From IMG/VR virus record IMGVR_UViG_3300028410_000746: DNA of 64,000 bases. One strand, 5' to 3'. The stretch's first letter is position 1; each line of letters opens with the position of its first letter. The notes below the pieces were generated by a model. The model did no database searches and was not told where the DNA came from. It saw only the letters and a program-made list of their open reading frames with translations. This DNA is from a virus (taxonomy: Duplodnaviria; Caudoviricetes). Shown in pieces: positions 54,609 through 62,042 of the stretch. The position numbers and the translations under genes were made by a program.

Positions 54609-54742
54609 TGTGCGGTCAAGAGGTTAGAAGTGCTTATATATCAGATGCCTCTACCAGTTGGGCTACGTCGCTATAGGCGCGACGGCGGGGCTCGAACCCG
54701 CAACACTCCGATTCCGTTAAAGCTCTTCAAGCAGACCGCACA
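54609..54742 (-). ncRNA. YrlA-like Y RNA (Y1)
   Basis: Terminal stem TGTGCGGTC/GACCGCACA with Ro-site-like GGTC(T)G/TTGACC; ATCGGA/TCTGAT stem; T arm GCGGG-TTCGAGC-CCCGC; loop-closed acceptor CGTCGC/GCGACG; D arm TAGCCCAACTGGTAGAGGC. Confidence 0.75.
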
Positions 54743-54882
54743 TACGGACCGAGGGAGTCGAACCCTCGCGTTTAGACCTCGCCAGGAGTTTTTTAGTACC
54801 TTGGGGTCGCCCGTATCTCGTCTTTCCGAGATGTCACCGCAAGAATTTTGGTCTGAGTACCTACCAACCTTGCGGAATCCGT
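54743..54882 (-). ncRNA. tRNA-like RNA A with an insert of about 70 nt replacing the anticodon loop
   Basis: Acceptor ACGGATT/GGTCCGT+A, D-like TCCGCAAGGTTGGTAGGTAC, stem AGACC/GGTCT, T arm GAGGG-TTCGACT-CCCTC. Confidence 0.55.
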
Positions 54883-55279
54883 AGGTACCCCCCAGCGTCT
54901 GGTCTTGCTGGACCTCTCCAGGAGGTGCGAGGAACTCCCTGAGCATCCCGTCTCCCAACAACAATGGCAAGAGGGTTCCTCATCCTGGAGGGTGGTGTTT
55001 GAAGCTGGGTCAAGTTTGCGTAGCCAGGGTGCAAGCCACGTCTCTCAACGGGGCAAGTTTTGGATAACCCGAGCTACATCAGACCCAGCTTCAAGCTGGT
55101 CCGGCCGGAGCCGGTAGAAAGCTTCCCGGTCAAGGTAGCGTAGGAGGGTATCCCCCAGCCCAACCCAGACCCACTCTCGCAGGTAGGGCTCGACATGGGG
55201 GTTTCCAGTAACCCTGCCTACATCAGACCGGAAAGAGGTGTCGCAGATGCGGTGTGGTCGCGAAGGGAACGGAAGGGAA

Positions 55280-55308
55280 GGGACCATCCCCATGTGCGTG
55301 GGGAATCG
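55280..55308 (-). CRISPR. Solitary type I-E repeat unit 2
   Basis: CGATTCCCCACGCACATGGGGATGGTCCC; no partner repeat nearby. Confidence 0.7.
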
Positions 55309-55500
55309 ATCGAGTTACCATCTCTCCCACCCGCTAGAAGCCCCCTCGGTGAAGCCCGAGACCTCCCTCCGGGTATGAACCGGAGGGTGTGCTGATTACA
55401 CCAGAGGCACCGTGTCACCTCAAGGGTAACTTCGGCAGGACCTCTCCACGCACTTTGCAGTGCCTACCTTTGCTGATATCCGCGACAGGTAGTAATCCAG

Positions 55501-55657
55501 TGCTCCGTTCTGGACTTGCACCAGACCTTCCCGCAGACCTCTCCACCAAAGAAGAGAGATGAGGGGCGTGCCTCTAAAGGTACTCGGCGCTTCATCGGAG
55601 GATCTAAAGACCCGTCCATTTCCGTCGCCTCGTACGCCAACACTTTCGGAACAGAAC
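55501..55657 (-). ncRNA. tRNA-like RNA B with a large insert
   Basis: Acceptor GTTCTGT/ACGGAGC+A, D-like TCCGAAAGTGTTGGCGTAC (similar to RNA A), T arm TCTGG-TGCAAGT-CCAGA. Confidence 0.5.
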
Positions 55658-55720
55658 GTTCGATCAAGAGAGCGACGAGGAAGATTTTTGCGGTAATCCT
55701 CGTCAGCAGATCGAACGTAG

Positions 55721-55792
55721 TAGGGTCGGTGGGGATTGAACCCACGACCATCTCGGTGTAAACGAGGCGCTCTCCCACTGAGCTACGACCCT
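55721..55792 (-). tRNA. tRNA-Val(UAC)
   Basis: Cloverleaf with loop TTTACAC, A73. Confidence 0.93.
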
Positions 55793-55877
55793 AAGAGTCT
55801 TTCGAGCAAAGAATGTGCAGTTGCCGGGGGGTATCGTTTGGGGATAACCCAGCGTTCGCGGGCAGCTCGGAAGACAG

Positions 55878-55950
55878 CAGGACGCCGGGGAATCGAACCC
55901 CGATACTCGGATTTGGAAACCAAGCGGATCAGCCATTACCTCAACGTCCC
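55878..55950 (-). tRNA. tRNA-Trp(CCA), atypical D arm
   Basis: Loop TTCCAAA, T31-T39 mismatch, G73, T arm CGGGG-TTCGATT-CCCCG. Confidence 0.75.
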
Positions 55951-55953
55951 ATC

Positions 55954-55995
55954 CGGAGTGGAGCTGGGTGCCCTGAGGGTCCCAGCTCCACTCCG
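55954..55995. other. Perfect 15-bp hairpin upstream of tRNA-Trp
   Basis: CGGAGTGGAGCTGGG / CCCAGCTCCACTCCG. Confidence 0.8.
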
Positions 55996-56107
55996 TATGC
56001 AGTGTGCCTCCTCCTGAGGGGGGAAGCCACACCGCGTGATGTGTTCATTCTCTTTACTTGTCAAAGACTCTGGGTCTGCGTCGGGCTTCCCCGTGCTGAC
56101 GTCTTCC

Positions 56108-56137
56108 TTTATAGGGGAGGCCCTGGGAGGCTGTCAA
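56108..56137 (-). promoter_or_regulatory. Sigma70-type promoter upstream of the tRNA/ncRNA cluster
   Basis: TTGACA-N18-TATAAA. Confidence 0.7.
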
Positions 56138-56164
56138 GCACATTCTGCAAGAGCGGACCAGAAA

Positions 56165-56237
56165 AGCGACTGGCGAGACTCGAACTCGCTATCTCCTCGT
56201 TGGAAGCGAGGTGCCCTGCCGGTTGAGCTACAGTCGC
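56165..56237 (-). tRNA. tRNA-Gly(UCC)
   Basis: Cloverleaf with loop CTTCCAA, U73. Confidence 0.95.
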
Positions 56238-56312
56238 GTTGTGTCCCGGCCTGGACGGGAAGCACAACTGAGGAAGAGGTTCGAGCTATTCCAGGAAGGA
56301 CCTCGAAGAAGG

Positions 56313-57542
56313 TCAGGAGACCCTTCGGAACGGCACGTGAGCGGTATTGCACGCCGCTTCAACGTTGGCAATGAAGTCCGACCGTTGCTTGTTCTCCGTT
56401 CCGTTTCCGCGTCTCGGATACTCCAGGGGGCCGTTCAAGAGATACTTCGCGTTCTTGCGGCACGCGTAGTGGTTGTACGCCGCCCACAGGCCCGCGTACT
56501 TCTTCGACCGGTCCGACGTGCGACGGGAGAGGAGAGCCAGACGGCCGGGGTTCGCAGGAGGATTCTGAAGCTCCAACCGGAGTGCGTACTTGAGAGCCTC
56601 AAACGAGAAGTTGTCGTGGCCGCGCACGTGCACGTACGCGTAGACGCCCCCGCGATTACAAAAGAAGGACTGCAAGATGTCCCGCCCCTCTTCCAGGATC
56701 TCCTCAATCTCGCTGAAGATGGTGAGGATCTCCTCCTCGCTGCGGCGAGGAGGTCCGAAACCGGTCTTCGCATGACTGGTCTCGTAGCCGGAGATGTCCA
56801 ACGCCGTCATGTACGTCACCCACGTAGGGGCCCCCTCGAAGTACCCCAGCTCTTCGCGAAGCTCCGGAGTGTAGAGGGCCAAGAGACGTTGCGCATTCTT
56901 ACGCCTCTCCGGATCGCCGCCCACCATCCCTGCCTCGTACGCAATGAAGTCCATAGTGGTCCAGACAGAGCCCGTCTCGTTGAGAATTCGCAGCGACTCG
57001 ACGGGGTTTTGACCCGTCTCCAGGAAGGAGACGTACGCGTCCAGAGGCTCTCCCCGCTCCTCCAGGACCTGGAGCCTCGCATGGATGCGATGCTGGCCGT
57101 CGATCACCACGAAGGGAGCGTCGGGGTTGGGGTCCCCCTTGTAGTCCACGAGGGTGTCCTCAGGGGACAAGCCCTGCGGGTAGGGCTTCACGCACACTGA
57201 CGCGGGGACCGACGCCGACAGATCACACGTCTTCATCTTGGCGGTCAGGTTGTTGACAAGCTTCTCGTCAAGGTCCCGATTGTGTGAGGAGAACCCAAGG
57301 AGCATCGGGTCGGTGATCCGATAAGAGACCTTGTAGGGCTCCAGATCCGGGTGAGCCACCTGTGCGGGCGACACCGTAGGCGTGATCACCGTCGAAGGAA
57401 TCACTCCAGACTTGACCTTGGCCGAAGGCTTGGCGTTTTGGGCGAGCTTGGCGGACTTGGCGAGCTTGGACTCCGGACCGAGTAGCGCATCAAGGGCGAG
57501 CTGCGTGCGGCTGCCCGAAGAGTCGGACGTAGAAGACGACAT
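56313..57542 (-). CDS. DGQHR-motif (ParB/DndB superfamily) domain protein
   Basis: FVVIDGQHRIHAR, preceded by HNRDLD and followed by LRILNE. Confidence 0.7.
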   Translation of the reverse strand: MSSSTSDSSGSRTQLALDALLGPESKLAKSAKLAQNAKPSAKVKSGVIPSTVITPTVSPAQVAHPDLEPYKVSYRITDPMLLGFSSHNRDLDEKLVNNLTAKMKTCDLSASVPASVCVKPYPQGLSPEDTLVDYKGDPNPDAPFVVIDGQHRIHARLQVLEERGEPLDAYVSFLETGQNPVESLRILNETGSVWTTMDFIAYEAGMVGGDPERRKNAQRLLALYTPELREELGYFEGAPTWVTYMTALDISGYETSHAKTGFGPPRRSEEEILTIFSEIEEILEEGRDILQSFFCNRGGVYAYVHVRGHDNFSFEALKYALRLELQNPPANPGRLALLSRRTSDRSKKYAGLWAAYNHYACRKNAKYLLNGPLEYPRRGNGTENKQRSDFIANVEAACNTAHVPFRRVS

Positions 57543-57621
57543 AGGAACTCCTGTACTAGTTCACGTGAGCGACGACTCTACCACACACAGAGTGAACGGG
57601 TCAAGCATATCAGACCTCAGA

Positions 57622-58056
57622 TCACGTAAGGTGTGCCGACACTGCGAAGATGTCATTACCGAAGCGGTCGACGAGCTGACGGGTGAAGGCCTCCAGCTCC
57701 ATCCGAACACCTCGAAGGGTCGCCTGAGAAGGGGAGGGGAAAGGAACCTGGAGGTGGATGTGGATATGGGGCATGAGGAGAACATCATCCCACTCGAACT
57801 CCGTGACGTAGGGTAGCCCACGCTCCAGGAAGTCCGACACGTGACAGAACGCGCGCAGCGTCTGCTCCAGCTCCAACAGCGTGATCGTGGTCTCCCAGTA
57901 CACCGGAGTCGTCGAGTGCTCATCCAGGTGACAGGAGGCTCGACGATCCGAGACCGGAGCGACCGCTGCGGGGAGGTCCATGTACGGCGTGTAAAAGGGA
58001 ACCGGGAGGAGAGCTGTAACCGCTTCTGGGAGGTCTTCGTAATCATCGGAGGGCAT
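57622..58056 (-). CDS. Hypothetical protein
   Basis: 144 aa, in operon. Confidence 0.55.
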   Translation of the reverse strand: MPSDDYEDLPEAVTALLPVPFYTPYMDLPAAVAPVSDRRASCHLDEHSTTPVYWETTITLLELEQTLRAFCHVSDFLERGLPYVTEFEWDDVLLMPHIHIHLQVPFPSPSQATLRGVRMELEAFTRQLVDRFGNDIFAVSAHLT

Positions 58057-58071
58057 ATCAAGGCCGGGGCT

Positions 58072-58398
58072 TTAAGGGAGCCCCTCGCCTCCGTCAGGAG
58101 CCTGGAGCACTTTGTCCGCGTGTTTAACGATGTCCTGCCGTACTGAAGAAGGAACTGCCACATTCTCACGCTGCCACAGGCGTAACCGCTGAGCAGGGGT
58201 CAAAGAGTCCTCGAAGCCTTGAGGGGTAGCCAACACCGACATCATGGCGTCGAGCTGACGCGCAAAGCGGCCGTGCTCTGCGCTAAGGTCTTCCAACGTC
58301 GCGGCGCCGAAGAGATCCTTGAGGGCCTCCTCGTGTGTCTGTGACATGCGCGCGCGCCATTGAAGGTACAGGGTCTCAAACTGCGTAGTCATCCTCAA
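58072..58398 (-). CDS. Hypothetical protein
   Basis: 108 aa, GGAG/GAGG RBS. Confidence 0.55.
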   Translation of the reverse strand: MRMTTQFETLYLQWRARMSQTHEEALKDLFGAATLEDLSAEHGRFARQLDAMMSVLATPQGFEDSLTPAQRLRLWQRENVAVPSSVRQDIVKHADKVLQAPDGGEGLP

Positions 58399-58417
58399 CT
58401 CCAGCTACTCAAGTACA

Positions 58418-59395
58418 TCAGGGCATCGAAGGGTCGCCCAGATTGGAGGCCCATGGTAGCAGAAGCCCCCGGTTGAGAAACACAAAGACTTCTCCGGGAT
58501 CTCCCAGGTACCGCTTCCCGTACCCCGCAGGCACATCCGGGAACTGTCGGAGCGTCCGACGGTCGTAGTTGATGTAAGTCCCATAGTCTTCAGAAGGCAA
58601 CAAGATCGAGCGCGGCACACGACGTGACAGGTACGTCCCGTCAATGGGGAACGGTTCCGACGTCGAAGGCGAGATGGAGTCGGAAAAGCCCGGATAGAGC
58701 GACTCGTAGTAGGGCGTAGGGTAATCATCCGAAAACAGCACCTGAAAATGCCGGTTCGAGTTGACCATACCCGAGGTGCTGCTTCCGGGGTCAAACCCAT
58801 ACACACCCTCGGTTGCCCATGTGAAGCGAGGATCAACCGGGACCCTGGAGCTGTCGAACATCTGAGAGGAGAAGCCCCACATCGCAGGGATCAGGTTGGT
58901 CAGTGACGTCACGTAGAAGAGCAGCTCAGGGTAGTCGTCATTCTCGATGAGGTAGAGCGAAAACGTCAAGCCTGCATTGGATGTGTTGTAGTTGTCGATC
59001 GTCTTGACGTGCGTGGAGAGCGTGGGCCAAAACGACGCGTCGCTGTATGGCAAGTCTCCCGTGACAAATGCCGCCGTGAAGCCTCCCCCACGCGCGTAGC
59101 TGAAGCCTAGCGCGCCATCCGCCACGTTATCATTGGTCGTACGTCGTGAGATCTCCACCTGCTCGGTGTAGCTGATGCTCTCCCCGTTCGGGCAGCTCAC
59201 GAGGACCTCATGCGTCCCATTCGTACACACGAAGTACGACCTCTCAGTCGTACCTGAACCATACGACTGGAGCGCGCCTACGGACCATGTAGTGAGGTTG
59301 GTGGCGAAGAAGTTCTGCATGAACGTCCCCTCGCCGTTGGTCGTACCCGAGGCACCATACGGATCACGAGCTATGGTGTAGCCAACGCGAGGCAT
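58418..59395 (-). CDS. Putative virion structural protein
   Basis: 325 aa, S/T/G/Y-rich; C-terminus resembles that of 59395-60471. Confidence 0.55.
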   Translation of the reverse strand: MPRVGYTIARDPYGASGTTNGEGTFMQNFFATNLTTWSVGALQSYGSGTTERSYFVCTNGTHEVLVSCPNGESISYTEQVEISRRTTNDNVADGALGFSYARGGGFTAAFVTGDLPYSDASFWPTLSTHVKTIDNYNTSNAGLTFSLYLIENDDYPELLFYVTSLTNLIPAMWGFSSQMFDSSRVPVDPRFTWATEGVYGFDPGSSTSGMVNSNRHFQVLFSDDYPTPYYESLYPGFSDSISPSTSEPFPIDGTYLSRRVPRSILLPSEDYGTYINYDRRTLRQFPDVPAGYGKRYLGDPGEVFVFLNRGLLLPWASNLGDPSMP

Positions 59396-60471
59396 CAGGG
59401 CATACCGGTAGGGTCAGGGTAGGGGAAGGAGGGGTTACCCGGCACGTAGGCCATGCACAGGTCTGCGTGGAACTTGATGAGGCTGCCTCCATCGAACTGC
59501 GTGAGCTGCTGACGCCCCGAGGCACCCATGACACGTACGACATCCGGGTCAATGTACCCCTTGTAAAAGGTGCCAGTGCTCAAGACACATACATCCCAGG
59601 GGTAGCGGCCATCCCCAAACGGAACGTTGTCCGGGTTGAACCCACCCGCCTCAAACTGATCCTCCAGCAAGACTTGAACGCCTCCATCATCAAAGACCCA
59701 GTGGGAATCCGCTACGATAGAGCCCCCACTAGCGCTGTCCAACATGTACACGAACGTTCCAGACGTTTGTGTATCCGTGCTGCGGTACGGGATCACTATT
59801 TCACCCAGGAACCAACACCCTCGAATCGTCATCGACGACGCAAAGCCGTGGTACAGGGCCACGAAGGGCTTATCCGGGTCGAACACGAACACTGCGCGTG
59901 TCCCTGTTGTCGAATACGCCGTCATCCCATCCGACGCACGAGAGGCGAGGCCATACAACGTGCCTGCGGGCATGAACGTCTCAATCGACGTGTACGGGCT
60001 AATCGCAGGGGCATCAAAGTCCCCGCCTACCAGAGCGCCGCTCGCATCCAGGCCCGTGCCGTAACCCCCCGAAGGTGCGTAGTGCATGGCAAACTGACCA
60101 TCATCGCCAAAGCTTACGCCGCCGCGAACGTCCTGGAAGAAGGTGCCGCGTTGCGCAGACGTAACCTGATCAAACTCGGCCGGGAAGAAGGAACCCTGAG
60201 AACCGCTCCAGAAGAAGATCCACTCGGGACCCAACTTGGCCGACGGCGCGCCGCCATCCATGAGGGCCACGACGAATGCGTAACCTTCAATAGTCGAGAG
60301 ACCGGGCCACTTGAAGATGTCCGAGACCTGCCACGTCGTCTGGAGGCTGTCAGGGTCCAGAGCCGCACGGAACGCATCACGGATGCGAGTGACCTCCGCA
60401 TCCGCGCGCACCTTGGTCTGGTAGCGAAGGTAGGGGTCCCAGATTCCGATGTCTACAAAGCTGCGTGCCAT
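59395..60471 (-). CDS. Putative virion structural protein
   Basis: 358 aa, coupled to the previous gene. Confidence 0.55.
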   Translation of the reverse strand: MARSFVDIGIWDPYLRYQTKVRADAEVTRIRDAFRAALDPDSLQTTWQVSDIFKWPGLSTIEGYAFVVALMDGGAPSAKLGPEWIFFWSGSQGSFFPAEFDQVTSAQRGTFFQDVRGGVSFGDDGQFAMHYAPSGGYGTGLDASGALVGGDFDAPAISPYTSIETFMPAGTLYGLASRASDGMTAYSTTGTRAVFVFDPDKPFVALYHGFASSMTIRGCWFLGEIVIPYRSTDTQTSGTFVYMLDSASGGSIVADSHWVFDDGGVQVLLEDQFEAGGFNPDNVPFGDGRYPWDVCVLSTGTFYKGYIDPDVVRVMGASGRQQLTQFDGGSLIKFHADLCMAYVPGNPSFPYPDPTGMP

Positions 60472-60520
60472 GTCGCCTCCAAGCTAGTCCAATACACTTA
60501 GAAGCGCTACAAGCCGATTA

Positions 60521-61030
60521 TCAGACGATCTGCGTCACGCGCAGCTCATCCGTGAGTTCGGTCGGATTGGACGTCAGCGTCCCCTTTGGAGTCATCCGCA
60601 CCGGCTCATACCGTTCCAGTAGGTCGAGTGCGAGGGCCGATCGAGGATGTGCCGCGTAGGTCTCAGGAAGCACATCCAGCGCGATGGTAGCGGTCGTATT
60701 GAAGGAGGAAGCCAGGGTCACCGTGTTGGTGACCGTGATCGGACCCTCCGGGGAGTTGTCCGCCGTGAACGACAAGACCGGGTTGGCCGTATCCTGGACC
60801 AGGAACGTCGCCTCCCCATTGCTCAGCGTCTTGGAGTTGTCGAGCACGGTGAACGTGCCGTCCGAGTTCGCATCAAAGAGAATGCCGAGGTCGGTACTCG
60901 TTAGAGTGACCACGGTAGTGCTGTCATCGGAAATGAAGCTCCCTGAAGCATCAAGGGCGCGCACCAGGACCTCGAAGGTGCTACCCACCTGAATGGTCGA
61001 GGGGACCAGAATCTCAAAGCTGTCAATCAT
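60521..61030 (-). CDS. Ig-like domain virion protein
   Basis: FEILVPSTIQVGSTFEVLVRALDASG...DDSTT...FDANSDGTF...KTLSNG. Confidence 0.65.
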   Translation of the reverse strand: MIDSFEILVPSTIQVGSTFEVLVRALDASGSFISDDSTTVVTLTSTDLGILFDANSDGTFTVLDNSKTLSNGEATFLVQDTANPVLSFTADNSPEGPITVTNTVTLASSFNTTATIALDVLPETYAAHPRSALALDLLERYEPVRMTPKGTLTSNPTELTDELRVTQIV

Positions 61031-61048
61031 GTGAGCTGCTCCTGTACA

Positions 61049-62041
61049 TCACGCCCCTACCGTAAGGAGGCTGCGAATCTCCGCCACGTCATCAAAGCCA
61101 TACTCCGCACCCGCGTTGTAGAACACCCCCTCCATCGCACCGATGTGGTAGAGGGCGCCGTTGGTCAGCTTGCCAAACTCTGCGATCTGGGCATGAACGC
61201 CTGCATCGGCTGCGATCGTGCCCGTGGTGCCTACTTGCACACCGTTGAGGTACATTCGCATGTCCACACCGTCGCCAATGACGACGACATCGAGAGCGTC
61301 TCCCAGGGTGTATGAGCCATTGAAGCTCACAAAGTCGCATCTGTGCGTGATCCCACCCCCCCCATTCCAGGTCACAAACGACATGCTGGAGCCACCCGCA
61401 TAGATGAACAGGTTGACCCCTCGACCGCTCGATGCGCGCGTGTGGAGGATGCTCATGTCGATAGTGAAGACGGGGCTGTCGTACGCATCAATGCGCCCCC
61501 TCCAACCAAACGCGAAGATGCCTGTTTGGGTCATCGCCTGGAAGGTGCTGGTGTCTCCCCCACGGAAGAAGTTGGTTTGAGTGGCGGCGTTGTCCATCTC
61601 GACGAGGTTGGCTAGATTTTGCGGCCGGTTAGCGCCCTGAGCCGTCAGCGTAAGACCCGAAGCCGTTTGCGTATCCCAGGTGTCGACATCCGTACCGGTC
61701 CCCGTGATCCCCACGTCGGAACGAACAAGCACGTCCGACGTGGGGAAGATGATGATAGGGGCATCACCGGACACCAAAACACCCTCGGAGGTAACAAAGA
61801 CGACTCCCTGGCGCAGCAGCTCATCGCGCGCGAGGCCCTCGAACTTCGGATGCACTGCCAGGGTCTCCGGCGTGCTGTCCAGATAGAGGATGTCTCCGCC
61901 TGAGACGCGCTGGATCACACGTGACTCGTTGGAGGGGACACCTCCCGGACCCTCTGCCACGAGCGTGAGGTCTCCGGAGGTCAGATCACGGACCCGAATC
62001 ACGAACTGACCGCCTGTCAATGTCTTGACGTCATCTGCCAT
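61049..62041 (-). CDS. Virion protein with a LamG/ConA-like C-terminal domain
   Basis: Start MADDVKTL; DGVDMRMYLNGVQV motif. Confidence 0.65.
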   Translation of the reverse strand: MADDVKTLTGGQFVIRVRDLTSGDLTLVAEGPGGVPSNESRVIQRVSGGDILYLDSTPETLAVHPKFEGLARDELLRQGVVFVTSEGVLVSGDAPIIIFPTSDVLVRSDVGITGTGTDVDTWDTQTASGLTLTAQGANRPQNLANLVEMDNAATQTNFFRGGDTSTFQAMTQTGIFAFGWRGRIDAYDSPVFTIDMSILHTRASSGRGVNLFIYAGGSSMSFVTWNGGGGITHRCDFVSFNGSYTLGDALDVVVIGDGVDMRMYLNGVQVGTTGTIAADAGVHAQIAEFGKLTNGALYHIGAMEGVFYNAGAEYGFDDVAEIRSLLTVGA

Positions 62042-62042
62042 C

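Noticed and set aside
54743-55657. tmRNA or group I intron-containing tRNA
   Set aside because: The elements are 140-157 nt, lack the G3:U70 Ala acceptor and a tag ORF, the inserts are too short for group I introns, and no canonical anticodon is restored by splicing.
55878-55950. tRNA-Gly(UCC) reading of this tRNA
   Set aside because: That register breaks the anticodon stem; the CCA register pairs better and G73 fits Trp.
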